Assembly: GCA_040767525.1 (NCBI GenBank)
Contig: JAXGOJ010000005.1
Span: forward strand, 9,613-73,612
Length of the DNA stretch: 64,000 bases
DNA from: Bacillota bacterium
GTDB lineage: Bacteria; Bacillota; Sulfobacillia; Fermentithermobacillales; Fermentithermobacillaceae
Direction: 5' to 3'
Shown: positions 55,060 to 64,000 of the stretch, piece by piece
Layout of the letters: each line of letters begins with the position of its first letter
How positions within the stretch are numbered: position 1 is the stretch's first letter
Position numbers and translations under genes: made by a program
The notes under the pieces: model-generated
The model's database searches: none
Told to the model about the DNA's origin: nothing
The model's input: the letters and a program-made list of their open reading frames with translations, nothing else

Positions 55060-57270
55060 ATGCGCGTAGGTGTTCCAAGATGCCTTAGCTTTTACTATTT
55101 GTTTCCTTTCTACCGTACATTCTTGCGAGAGCTAGGAGTCGACTTTGTAGAGACTCCTGCCTCGACTCAGAAGGATTTAGACAACCTCAGGCTGTGTACC
55201 ACTGACGAGCCTTGTGTTTCTGTGAAGGTAGCCTTTTCTCATTCCGCTAATTTGCTGGAACAGGGCGTAGATGCCCTGTTTGTTCCAACGGTGGTCTCTT
55301 TAGAGCGGGACAATTACTGCTGCCCGAAGATGATGGGGCTGCCTTCGATGTTGAGAGCAGGCCTCGATCTTCCCGGTTCACAGATCATAAGTCCCATTAT
55401 CGATGCCAAGGACAATCCTAATACATGGCAGGCCACCTGGATTCAAGCAGGCAGCGACATGGGGGCAAGGAGCCGGAGACGGATTATGGCCGGGTTAAGA
55501 AAGGGTATAACAGCGTGGAGAGATGCTGAGAGGAAAATGCATCAATTTGAGTTGGCATTAACGGGTTTGCTGGATTATCCAAAGCCAGGCCTTGATTTCC
55601 GCAAGGAATCTTTTCAGTTTCGTGCCACTCAGGCTGATGAAAGAATCGATCTAAGAGCTGTCACCGGGGTGATGGGTCATGCCTATTTGCTTCATGATAC
55701 ATTTGGCAAGACCATTATTCGGTATGCGTCAGACTGCGGACCTGTTATTCTTCCTGAGATGATCTCCAGGAAGAAATCACGCAAGTGTATGGAAACCATT
55801 TTCGAGGGCGAAAAAATGTGGACTATTGAAGGACATATCCTCGGTTCATGCCTTTACCTTATCAGGACACGGCAAATCGACAGGCTGATTCTGGTGACTG
55901 CATTTTCCTGTGGGCCCCTTTCAATAATAGAGAACTATATTGCCAGTGAAGCAGATAAGTACAAAATCCCTCTTTTGTACCTATCTGTAGACGAACATAC
56001 AGGTGAAGCAGGGCTCATTACCAGGTTGGAAGCATTTATGGATGCCTGCAAGGGAAGATGGCGGCACGAATCCCAAAGCAAAGAAGAACCTGCTTGCGAT
56101 CTTCCAAAGACTTTAGCAGGAGAAATTGACTCATGTAAATTTGAAAGTCCTTTCGCTTCATGCCAGGAGCCGGTAGGTATAGTCAACATGGGCCATCTCA
56201 ACATTTCCCTGGCTGCTCTCTTGGGTGAACTCGGAGTTGAAGTAAGAATTGCAGGCAGCCTGTCTGACGACATAGTGAACTCAGGAAAGGAATTGGCTCC
56301 TGAGTTCATCTGTTATCCCATGGTCACTCTCTTAGGGCAGATGCGTTCCCTTATAGAGCAAGGAATCTCCAGAATAATCATGGTTCAAGGGAAGGGCAAA
56401 TGCAGGTTGGGTTGGTATGCTCAGGTCATGGGGGAAATCCTCAACCGGGCCGGATTTTCCGTTCAAATTTTCGCAACAGATTCTCCGTTCCCCTTGAGGA
56501 TTAACGGTAGGAAATTCCTTGGCCAGTGGAAGCAAATCGTTGGAGCCCCTATGGCTTCTCAGGTTGCAAGAGCCGCGGCCCTGGCAGTGCAAAAACAAGC
56601 TATGGTTGACAGGGCCGGGGATATTTTGCGCGAAGTGAGGGCAAGGGAAAAAGTACGGGGCACAGGGGAAAGCAGGTACAAGGAGTTCTTGGCGAAGATA
56701 CATCAGACCACCGGTTTTTTGGATTCAAAGAGTGTTTTTAGGCAATACCACCGTGATATGAAAAGCATCTCCACTATTTGTGATAAGCCTCTGAAAATAG
56801 CTGTGGTAGGCGAGATCTATGTGGTTAATGAGCCTTTTGTAAACAAGGATGTTGAGAAGATGCTTGGTTCTATGGAGCAAAGAGTGAGAGTTTACAGGAG
56901 ACTGGACGTAACAAACTGGCTGGGTTGCCACCTATTCAAGACCCCGAGGGCTGTTTTGGACTACCGCAGGGCTGTAAGGGCAGCCTGCAACTACATTCCA
57001 GTGAGCGTAGGCGGACACGGCCAGGAATCTGTAGGCGAGACTGTTCTGGCGAAGCAAGGGGGCATGGATGGAGTTCTTCACCTGTTTCCATTCACGTGTA
57101 TGCCTGAGATTATTGCCCAAAACATCCTTGTCAGGGTTTCAAGTGACCTCGACATACCGGTTTTGTCTTTAATGATCTCCGAGCAAACAGGTGTTGCCGG
57201 ACTGAGGACCAGGCTTGAAGCCTTTTGCGATCTTCTGGATGGAAGGAGAAAGAATTTAGCAGGAGTATGA
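55060..57270 (+). CDS. Acyl-CoA dehydratase activase-related protein (two DUF2229-like halves)
   Basis: The N-terminus MRVGVPRCLSFYYLFPFYRTFLRELG is typical of this family. A second half starts at about aa 370 (VGIVNMGHLNISLAALLGELG). Both halves end with GLxTRLEAF. Confidence 0.7.
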   Translation: MRVGVPRCLSFYYLFPFYRTFLRELGVDFVETPASTQKDLDNLRLCTTDEPCVSVKVAFSHSANLLEQGVDALFVPTVVSLERDNYCCPKMMGLPSMLRAGLDLPGSQIISPIIDAKDNPNTWQATWIQAGSDMGARSRRRIMAGLRKGITAWRDAERKMHQFELALTGLLDYPKPGLDFRKESFQFRATQADERIDLRAVTGVMGHAYLLHDTFGKTIIRYASDCGPVILPEMISRKKSRKCMETIFEGEKMWTIEGHILGSCLYLIRTRQIDRLILVTAFSCGPLSIIENYIASEADKYKIPLLYLSVDEHTGEAGLITRLEAFMDACKGRWRHESQSKEEPACDLPKTLAGEIDSCKFESPFASCQEPVGIVNMGHLNISLAALLGELGVEVRIAGSLSDDIVNSGKELAPEFICYPMVTLLGQMRSLIEQGISRIIMVQGKGKCRLGWYAQVMGEILNRAGFSVQIFATDSPFPLRINGRKFLGQWKQIVGAPMASQVARAAALAVQKQAMVDRAGDILREVRAREKVRGTGESRYKEFLAKIHQTTGFLDSKSVFRQYHRDMKSISTICDKPLKIAVVGEIYVVNEPFVNKDVEKMLGSMEQRVRVYRRLDVTNWLGCHLFKTPRAVLDYRRAVRAACNYIPVSVGGHGQESVGETVLAKQGGMDGVLHLFPFTCMPEIIAQNILVRVSSDLDIPVLSLMISEQTGVAGLRTRLEAFCDLLDGRRKNLAGV

Positions 57271-58403
57271 AAGAAATGAGCAATATGCGCCAGCGCAAGA
57301 TAAACGCCTCTTCCAGAGCCACAAGGCCCGGGCCCGGTGGAAAAGAGGCTCATATCAGGGAACCCCAGGACGTTAATGACTTTGGCCTTAAAAGCGTAAA
57401 TAACCGTTACTTAGGTGTAGACGTGGGCAGTGTAACAACAAAAGTCGTGCTTGTTCATGAAGACGGGAATGTGGCCTTTGAAGATTATATACGTAATGAA
57501 GGAGGCCCAATTCTGGCGCTCCAGAACTGTTTCAAGAACCTCCTTGAACAGGGATTGGTTGATTCAATTAAAATGGCAGGTGCTACAGGATCCGGCCGGG
57601 AACTTGCCAGGGTAATTATTGGCGCCGACACTGTCAAAAACGAGATTTCGAGTCATGCTAAAGCCGCGTCGTTCCTGTTTCCTGATACAGGCACGGTAAT
57701 CGACATTGGAGGGCAGGATTCCAAGATTATTTTTTTCAAAGACGGGTATCCTGTGGGTTTTAACATGAATACAGTGTGCGCGGCCGGAACAGGTTCCTTT
57801 CTTGATCATCAGGCATCCAGGCTTGGAGTGTCAATAGAAGAATTCGGTGAGCTCGCCCTTAAGTCACAAGCTCCTTCAAGGATTGCAGGACGTTGCGGAG
57901 TATTCGCGGAATCAGACTTGATTCACAAGCAGCAGTTGGGATACACAAAAGAAGACCTGATTGCTGGGTTGTGTCTTGCCCTTGCAACAAATTACATGAC
58001 CAATGTTGCAAGAGGCCAGCCTATCCGGCCCAGAGTGTTGTTTCAGGGGGGAGTTGCGGCTAATTCAGGCATGCTGTGGGCTCTCAAGCAGAAAATCGGG
58101 TTTGACATAACAGTGCCGCCCCATTTCAAAGTGATGGGAGCCTGGGGAGCGGCTCTCTTTGCACGGGATAAGTATCTTGAAACAAAAGAATCAACCAAGT
58201 TTCGCCAGGTTGAAAGGATAGTGTTTTCAAAGGCTCAGTCAAGGGGATTTGTTTGTGATGACTGTGGAAATGCTTGCGAAATGCAAGAGATCTTACTGGA
58301 CGGTGTGCTTTCGGCAAGGTGGGGTTCCCGGTGCGGTAAATGGGATGATCTGGCAATGGCTCCCGGGGGCAAGGCGCGGCAAGCCGCAGGCATCTCCAAT
58401 TGA
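57267..58403 (+). CDS. BadF/BadG/BcrA/BcrD (HgdC-type) ATPase, a putative dehydratase/reductase activase
   Basis: YLGVDVGSVTTK, ATGSGRE, IDIGGQDSK, VCAAGTGSF, FQGGVA.N. ATGA overlap with the upstream stop. Extra Cys-rich C-terminus (CDDCGNAC...CGKW). Confidence 0.8.
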   Translation: MKEMSNMRQRKINASSRATRPGPGGKEAHIREPQDVNDFGLKSVNNRYLGVDVGSVTTKVVLVHEDGNVAFEDYIRNEGGPILALQNCFKNLLEQGLVDSIKMAGATGSGRELARVIIGADTVKNEISSHAKAASFLFPDTGTVIDIGGQDSKIIFFKDGYPVGFNMNTVCAAGTGSFLDHQASRLGVSIEEFGELALKSQAPSRIAGRCGVFAESDLIHKQQLGYTKEDLIAGLCLALATNYMTNVARGQPIRPRVLFQGGVAANSGMLWALKQKIGFDITVPPHFKVMGAWGAALFARDKYLETKESTKFRQVERIVFSKAQSRGFVCDDCGNACEMQEILLDGVLSARWGSRCGKWDDLAMAPGGKARQAAGISN

Positions 58404-58456
58404 GGGTGATTTCTTCCGCTAAACAAGTCTCCCGGGTATTGGCGGGTAGACTTGGA

Positions 58457-58483
58457 GCACTGCCGGCCGGCAGTGCAATTTTT
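58457..58483 (+). terminator. Rho-independent terminator after the activase gene
   Basis: GCACTGCC-GGCC-GGCAGTGC followed by AATTTTT. Confidence 0.75.
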
Positions 58484-58541
58484 CAACGACGGCCCCGGTG
58501 AAGACGATATATACCTGTGGTAAGATTAGCACAAAGCCTGA

Positions 58542-58584
58542 ATACCGGATTTGCATGAAATGGATATTCATGCAAATCCGGTAT
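58542..58584. repeat. Perfect 18 bp inverted repeat with a 7 nt spacer, 43 nt upstream of yhaO
   Basis: ATACCGGATTTGCATGAA-atggata-TTCATGCAAATCCGGTAT, checked base by base. Confidence 0.9.
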
Positions 58585-58626
58585 GGCAAAGCATTCAAAT
58601 ATAAGAAACCTTGCCGGGGGACGACG

Positions 58627-59790
58627 ATGCTCAAAATTGTTCATGCTGCCGACATCCATGCGGGAAGGCCCCTTTCCCTTGAACTTGACAAAGAACGCGG
58701 TTACATACGAAGACGGGAAATAGAGACTGTTTTATGGCGAACGGTTGAATTTGTAAGAGAAGAAAAGGCCGGAATTTTCCTTATAGCCGGGGATCTCTTT
58801 GAACACCTTTATACCCGCCCGTCGTGGGTGAAGGATGTTTCCTCGCTGTTTTCCACGATTCCTGAGACCCGGATATTTATATCGCCTGGTAACCACGATC
58901 CTTATCTACCTGATTCCTTGTATCGTAGTATAGAATGGCCGGATAACGTGACTATATTTTCCTCGGCCATGCCCCGCAAAGTATGTTTGGACGACCTAGG
59001 AGTAGACATATATGGCCTGGGGTGGCCCTCGTTTACTGAAAGAGGCCGGCCCCTTGAGGGATTCCGGACTGACAACCCAGATCGGCTTAATATAGTATTG
59101 GTTCACGGGGATCTGGCTGAGAAATCAGCGTACCTGCCGGTTCATTATACCGACATTGAGAATTCAGGTGCAGATTACTTCGCCATGGGCCATATCCACA
59201 CGCCCATGATTAAGAATATAGGCGAATCCATAGTTGTGTATCCAGGGTGCCCTGAGCCTTTGGACTTTGGGGATGAAGGGCAAAGAGGTATTTGCCTTGT
59301 GACATGGCCAGGTACTAACTCAAACGGTGTTCCCCGTACTGTTGCTGAGTTTGTTCCCATGGCCTCCAGGGAGGTAAAGAGGGCGGAGGTTGATGTAACA
59401 GGCATTGATACAGGTGAGAGAATCCGAAACGCAATACTGTCAGTCGCCAGTCCTGAGATTCGCAAGAAAGACATGTGGAAGATAGTGTTAACCGGCAGGC
59501 TGGACCTTGATCTGGCTTTGGATTTGGACATGCTTGAGGGAGAGTTCAGGGATGACTTCTTTTGCCTGCGATTAGCAGCTGAGTTCATTCCCGATTATGA
59601 CCTGGGGCCTTTAATGGAACCTTCAAACCAGAGCCTTGAGGCTAGATTTGTGCGAAGACAAATTGAGATTGAGCGCAACTCTCGAAGAGATGGCGACGCC
59701 AGGGTTGCCCGTGTTGCCAGGCTGGCCATGTATTACGGCCTTGATGCCCTCAGGCAAGGAGAGGTCTTTACCGGAAGGAGGATGGCTTGA
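58627..59790 (+). CDS. yhaO: SbcD-like metallophosphoesterase / DNA repair exonuclease (YhaO type)
   Basis: MLKIVHAADIHAG, GDLFE, GNHD, VHG, GHIH calcineurin-fold motifs. The start ATG 58627 is inferred from the motif position. Confidence 0.85.
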   Translation: MLKIVHAADIHAGRPLSLELDKERGYIRRREIETVLWRTVEFVREEKAGIFLIAGDLFEHLYTRPSWVKDVSSLFSTIPETRIFISPGNHDPYLPDSLYRSIEWPDNVTIFSSAMPRKVCLDDLGVDIYGLGWPSFTERGRPLEGFRTDNPDRLNIVLVHGDLAEKSAYLPVHYTDIENSGADYFAMGHIHTPMIKNIGESIVVYPGCPEPLDFGDEGQRGICLVTWPGTNSNGVPRTVAEFVPMASREVKRAEVDVTGIDTGERIRNAILSVASPEIRKKDMWKIVLTGRLDLDLALDLDMLEGEFRDDFFCLRLAAEFIPDYDLGPLMEPSNQSLEARFVRRQIEIERNSRRDGDARVARVARLAMYYGLDALRQGEVFTGRRMA

Positions 59791-59791
59791 G

Positions 59792-62605
59792 TTGAGGCTC
59801 AAGAGCCTTTTACCAGTAGCATTCGGCCGGTTTCATGCAAAAGAGCCTGTATTGCTGCAAGACGGACTCAACATAATATCAGGGGACAACGAGAGCGGAA
59901 AGACAACCCTGGGAGCATTTATTTCGGGAATGTTTTACGGTTTCAAAAAAGAAGGCAGGACCAGGATATCCAGGACTCCGGAATTTGAAAGATACAGGCC
60001 GTGGGCGGGTAAGGAGTACAGGGGGACTGTTACCTACGAGGCCCGCGGACGGGTTTACCGTGTAGAAAGATGGTTTGACCCTGATGTTGTCAGGATTTAC
60101 GATGATGTTACAGGCGAGGAGATAACATCAGAGTTTAGCCAGGATTCCCGCAAGGAGTACGACTTTGCCGAGGCCCACTTGGGGCTTAACGCAAAGGAAT
60201 TTCGAAACACTGTGTGGATAGGACAGCTTGAAAGCGCCCAGGACAGCGATCTTGGCCTGGAAATCCAGGGTAAACTGGAGAATGTGCTGCAAGGTGGAGG
60301 AGAGGATCTGTCTTTTGTGAAAGCCCTTACGGCTTTAAACTCTGAAAGGGGCAAGATAAAAACCCCTCGAAGCACCCGTGCCCGGCTTGATATTGTGCAG
60401 GAACGGATAGTAGAACTTGAGGTTGAGCTTGCCGAAGCCCGTGAAAGGGAAGCAGGCGTGAGGACATCCCTTGTCCGGCTGCGGGAATTACAGCTAAAAG
60501 AGAAGGCACTCAGCCATAAAGCCGGGCAGGCTTCGGTGAAGGCTGAAAGTATTAGGGCGCGGCTTATTCGCAAGGTTGTTGCCAGAGCATCTGATTTAGG
60601 TGGACAGATCAGACAATTACAAGACAGAATCAGGCTTACTGAATGGGCAAAAGACATTCCCGTGGGTTTTGAGGATAGGGTGGAAACAATCTACCGGGAA
60701 CAGGACAGTCTTGATGCCAGAATCAGGGAAACCCGTTTTGAACTTGAAAAGCTCTCTGAGAAGAAGCAAGAATTAACAGCTGAATTGGAAAGCTACAGGC
60801 ATGTTCTTGCCACGGGGCTGGATGAGGCCAAAGTTTCAGGTTTGCATTCCAGATACCTTGCGTGCAAGGCAAGTGCCTCCAGAGGCGAGAGGCACGCAAA
60901 TGAAGCCAGGCGGGAATTGCGGAAACTCGAAGAACAAGGTAAGGCCCTGGGCCTTTTTGACCTGAATGTTGGTGAAGACTTGCTATCAGAGGCTGAAGGC
61001 CTTCAAGACATCCTTATGCTGGCTGAAAAAGAGAAAGCCAGGTGTGATTTGGAAGTTGAGAAGGCAAGAGCCGGTGTGGCCCAAACCAATTTGTCCGGAA
61101 CTATAGGCTGGTTGTACGCGCTATCCCTTGGGGTTTTGGGAATCGCTATTGTCCTTACTATTATGGGGCTTCCCATAGCCATACCTGCATTTGGCATATC
61201 AATACTTGCATTTGGGATTGGATCGTACCGGCACAAGAAGATTTTACTTATTAAATCCCGGGCGCAAGAAGAACTCGATGAGAAGGAAGTTCACGCAAAG
61301 GAGCAATCAATAAGAGTTGCAGATGCTGCAAAGATTTTGTCAGAGTTTCTTGCCCTTCAGGGTGTTAGGTCAGTAGAGGAATTACGTGCCAGGATAAGAG
61401 AAGTGTCTGCGTTTTTTGACCGTTTGAAGAATGCCAAAGGCCAGTATGAAATAGCCCACAGGTATTGGTTCGAGGCTTCTCAGGAATTGGCAACTGTTGA
61501 AAAAGAGCTCACTTCAGCTTTAGCTGCAGCGAGATGCCTGCGCCAGGGCCACTTCATTACTGATGGGGTCATCGAGTCTCTGAAGGCTAAGCTGGTTGAG
61601 GCCTCTTTCCTTATTGCCCAGATAAAGAATCTTGATAATCGAATAGAAGAGTTTACCGGGGTTCTTGCACAATTTGAGAACAAGAAGGCAGATTTGCTAC
61701 AGCAAGAGCAAGAGCTTCTTAGCATGGCCGGCGTTATGTCCCGGGATGAGCTGGATGAAAAGATTACGGTTCATGCAGAATACGTAAGGAACCAGGGTTC
61801 CCTTGTACATCTTAAGGAAAAACTCGGCGTTGTTCTGGCAGGACGGGATATTGAGGATTTGGAAGCTGAGCTTTTGGAGCTTGAGGAAAGCCTCGAGCTT
61901 AACGTGGATTTCGGAGGTTTTCCGGAAGTTGAGGCCCATGAAAGTGGATTGTCAGAAAAGGATTATCAGGATGCCCTGAAACATTTAGATGAGATCAAGA
62001 TTCGCTTGAGCGAAATACGCACCCAATCGGCAGCCATGGAAAGGGAGGTAAGCCTGAGACAGCGGCAAGGCAGGCCCGTCTATGCCATTGAGGAAGACCT
62101 GGCAAGGGAAAGGGCAGAAGAAAAAAGGCTTTCAGAAGATAAGGACGCCCTGGAGCTTGCCGCTGCTACTCTTGAGGATCTTTCCCGGAATCTGAGAAGG
62201 GAATTTGCCCCTGTGCTAAATGAAAGGGTAGGAGAGATACTGAAGGAGATAACCAGGGGCAGATATCTGGACGTGCGGGTATCTCCCGATCTTGAGATGA
62301 GTGTGATCCATCCCGGCGGCAAGAAACAGACTCCCATTGCCGCGCTTTCAGCAGGGACTGTTGACCAGTGTTACTTTGCCCTCAGGGTTGCCATTGCTGA
62401 ACTGATTGTGAGCAAAGACGAATTCCCGTTTTTCCTTGATGATTCTTTTGTCCAATATGATGACAAGAGGCTTGAAGGGGCATTGGAAATCATAGCCGAT
62501 CTTTCCAGACGGCATCAGATTCTCCTTTTTTCCTGCCACGGGCGAGAGCAGGAGATAGCCAGAAGATTGGGAATTGCGTGTAACATGGTTAGGTTGCAGT
62601 TGTAG
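59792..62605 (+). CDS. yhaN: SbcC/SMC-like AAA ATPase (YhaN type) with a central membrane hairpin
   Basis: Walker A GDNESGKTT, a long coiled coil, the C-terminal signature region LSAGTVDQ and Walker B FPFFLDDSF. TTG 59792 lies 10 nt after AGGAGG. Confidence 0.85.
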   Translation: MRLKSLLPVAFGRFHAKEPVLLQDGLNIISGDNESGKTTLGAFISGMFYGFKKEGRTRISRTPEFERYRPWAGKEYRGTVTYEARGRVYRVERWFDPDVVRIYDDVTGEEITSEFSQDSRKEYDFAEAHLGLNAKEFRNTVWIGQLESAQDSDLGLEIQGKLENVLQGGGEDLSFVKALTALNSERGKIKTPRSTRARLDIVQERIVELEVELAEAREREAGVRTSLVRLRELQLKEKALSHKAGQASVKAESIRARLIRKVVARASDLGGQIRQLQDRIRLTEWAKDIPVGFEDRVETIYREQDSLDARIRETRFELEKLSEKKQELTAELESYRHVLATGLDEAKVSGLHSRYLACKASASRGERHANEARRELRKLEEQGKALGLFDLNVGEDLLSEAEGLQDILMLAEKEKARCDLEVEKARAGVAQTNLSGTIGWLYALSLGVLGIAIVLTIMGLPIAIPAFGISILAFGIGSYRHKKILLIKSRAQEELDEKEVHAKEQSIRVADAAKILSEFLALQGVRSVEELRARIREVSAFFDRLKNAKGQYEIAHRYWFEASQELATVEKELTSALAAARCLRQGHFITDGVIESLKAKLVEASFLIAQIKNLDNRIEEFTGVLAQFENKKADLLQQEQELLSMAGVMSRDELDEKITVHAEYVRNQGSLVHLKEKLGVVLAGRDIEDLEAELLELEESLELNVDFGGFPEVEAHESGLSEKDYQDALKHLDEIKIRLSEIRTQSAAMEREVSLRQRQGRPVYAIEEDLARERAEEKRLSEDKDALELAAATLEDLSRNLRREFAPVLNERVGEILKEITRGRYLDVRVSPDLEMSVIHPGGKKQTPIAALSAGTVDQCYFALRVAIAELIVSKDEFPFFLDDSFVQYDDKRLEGALEIIADLSRRHQILLFSCHGREQEIARRLGIACNMVRLQL

Positions 62606-62649
62606 CACAAAGGCCGACTGTGCAAGCAAATCCCCAGGGCATTGAGGAA

Positions 62650-63321
62650 TCAGTGGTGTTTTGGATATAGCATGAATCTCCAGGGGTAGTCTCTGGCTTC
62701 ACCTGCGTAGTCAATTCCTATTCTTGGGGTTCTGACTATTTGGAGTTCTCCGGTTACTTTATGAGAATCAGGTGGTTTGGCTATGTAAAGGTTACCGGTT
62801 ATAAGGTCGGCTCCGTTTTGCTCTCTTCCGATGCCCATTGCCTGGGATAATCTGCCCGGGCCTGAGGCAAGGGGCAATCTGCCTTTCCTTCGCCTGAGCA
62901 TTAGACTTTCCCCAAGCACCGGTTCTATGGACCTTATAAGAACTGCGTGGGGGATTCCTTCTTCTGATACAACCACGTTAAAACAATAGTGCATTCCGTA
63001 CGTAAAGTATACATAAGCCATTCCCGGCAGGCCGTACATTATTTCATTCCGCTTGGTCCTGCGCATGTTGTATGCATGGCATGCTCTGTCCCCGGGCCCG
63101 GCATATGCTTCTACCTCGGTGATTATGCCGGCCGTAGGGCCATCACCGGTTTTGTGAATTAGCATAAGTCCCAGGAGATCCAGGGAGACTTCCAGGGCGT
63201 GGCGGGCATAGAATTTCCTCGGAAGGCGCTCTATTTTGCCCAAAGCATTTTGATTTATTGGCCCCTTAGACCTAAAGAACTCATTTACATCTTTGGACCT
63301 GTACTTTGATGGTTTTTTCAT
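62650..63321 (-). CDS. DNA-3-methyladenine glycosylase (Mpg/AAG family)
   Basis: FYARHALEVS..LLG, ITEVEAYAGPGDRACHAY, RNEIMYGLPGMAYVYFTYGMHYCFNVV. Confidence 0.9.
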   Translation of the reverse strand: MKKPSKYRSKDVNEFFRSKGPINQNALGKIERLPRKFYARHALEVSLDLLGLMLIHKTGDGPTAGIITEVEAYAGPGDRACHAYNMRRTKRNEIMYGLPGMAYVYFTYGMHYCFNVVVSEEGIPHAVLIRSIEPVLGESLMLRRRKGRLPLASGPGRLSQAMGIGREQNGADLITGNLYIAKPPDSHKVTGELQIVRTPRIGIDYAGEARDYPWRFMLYPKHH

Positions 63322-63467
63322 ATAGCTTAGATATATCTCCCAAGGGAGTTGGTTTCACTTGCTCTCTCTATTATATCAATAGGTCAGTTTAATGAGGTTA
63401 GAATCTTGGCTGACAATGTAGGCTGGAGCATGTTTTAGGTGAACCATAATCTATGGAGGTAGTCTTT

Positions 63468-63872
63468 ATGAGAAAAGTTCCCATAGGGGCAAGAGGCACC
63501 AAGACGGTCAAGGTCACAAGAAACACTCTGGCTTCCTTCACTGGAAGCGGAGCTGTAGATGTGTTTTCCACCCCCAATCTTGTATTACTTATGGAAGAGG
63601 CTTGTGTTGAAGCACTAAGGGATTATCTTGAAGAAGGGGAGACGACAGTAGGCACATTTGTTAACGTTAAGCACCTAACTGCCACTCCTCCTGGACTTCA
63701 GGTGACAGCCACTGGTATACTAACTCAGGTTGAAGGAAGAAAACTTGTATTTCAGGTTATGGCTTACGATGATGTAGAAAAAGTAGGCGAAGGCACCCAC
63801 GAACGGTTCCTGGTCAACCGGGAAAGATTTACTGCAAAATCTCTTCGCAAGAAAGATATCCACAAGGAATAG
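63468..63872 (+). CDS. Hotdog-fold thioesterase (fluoroacetyl-CoA thioesterase-like family)
   Basis: GSGAVDVFSTPNLVLLMEEA, VGTFVNVKHLTATPPG, VEGRKLVF.V.AYD...VGEGTHERF. ATG 63468 lies 7 nt after GGAGGT. Confidence 0.75.
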   Translation: MRKVPIGARGTKTVKVTRNTLASFTGSGAVDVFSTPNLVLLMEEACVEALRDYLEEGETTVGTFVNVKHLTATPPGLQVTATGILTQVEGRKLVFQVMAYDDVEKVGEGTHERFLVNRERFTAKSLRKKDIHKE

Positions 63873-64000
63873 GCACATGTAGTGTCGAACCGCTAAACTA
63901 TGGCCTATATATGGTGCCAACAGATGTTCGGGTTGTCTTAATCTGGAGAATACCTTGATTTTGGTAAACCCCAGGATAGAGGCCTGACACGCTGAAAACA

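Noticed and set aside
58627-62605. The SbcCD-like pair as a phage-defence module (Lamassu-, Gabija- or Wadjet-like)
   Set aside because: The architecture (a calcineurin-fold nuclease plus an SMC-like ATPase with a membrane hairpin) and the gene order match the housekeeping Bacillus yhaO-yhaN (SbcEF-type) repair genes. There are no accessory defence genes nearby.
1-64000. CRISPR arrays, transposases, IS elements, prophage genes and toxin-antitoxin pairs
   Set aside because: I scanned the ORF translations and intergenic regions by eye and found no regularly spaced repeats and no transposase, integrase, Cas or phage-structural signatures. A computational repeat search could still reveal short dispersed repeats that I missed.

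Overview
This 64 kb window looks like ordinary chromosome from an anaerobic, spore-forming Firmicute of the Clostridia type. Supporting evidence is a type A RNase P RNA, GerW/YtfJ and YjcZ-like sporulation genes, an SLH wall protein, [FeFe]-hydrogenase maturases and an Etf-linked FAD oxidase. I can support about 50 protein genes, one tRNA-Val(CAC), rnpB, and a few promoters, terminators and repeats. I saw no rRNA, CRISPR array, transposase, integrase, prophage or recognisable defence island.

Gene content, left to right:
- a split prolyl oligopeptidase
- ytfI/ytfJ-like sporulation genes
- a TM1266-regulator/hydE/hydG/hydF cluster followed by a cysteine-desulfidase-like gene
- tRNA-Val
- etfB, a ferredoxin-fused etfA and a GlcD-like FAD oxidase
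- a beta-propeller::beta-lactamase-like fusion
- several M20 peptidases
- RNase HI, then TPM and LemA
- rnpB
- a CapD-like dehydratase
- an M48 protease
- an SLH protein with six repeats
- PepV, a CofE-like gene, an amidase and a decarboxylase
- a ChlI-like AAA+ / small protein / VWA operon
- two D-aminoacylase paralogs around a MoeB-like E1, a membrane protein and AlaX
- a MATE transporter
- a glycosyltransferase
- an ECF sigma / anti-sigma / PspC / LiaF-like module
- a DUF2229 protein plus a BadF/HgdC-type activase
- yhaO and yhaN
- a 3-methyladenine glycosylase
- a thioesterase

The most striking sequence-level observation is reading-frame damage. Two patches of about 1.5 kb (7255-8690 over the hydG 3' end and hydF; 12370-14100 over the etfA 3' end and the glcD-like gene) are riddled with single-nucleotide indels. 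At least ten other genes carry isolated frameshifts, while many long genes are intact. I cannot tell from sequence alone whether this is assembly error or real gene decay.

I did not find a clear-cut novel system. The best candidates for under-described biology are the orphan AAA+/small/VWA operon with an upstream zinc-ribbon-PH gene, the orphan DUF2229 plus activase pair, the propeller-lactamase fusion, a long structured leader ahead of the hyd cluster, a pair of unannotated 26-27 aa membrane peptides, and several strong non-coding repeats and hairpins.
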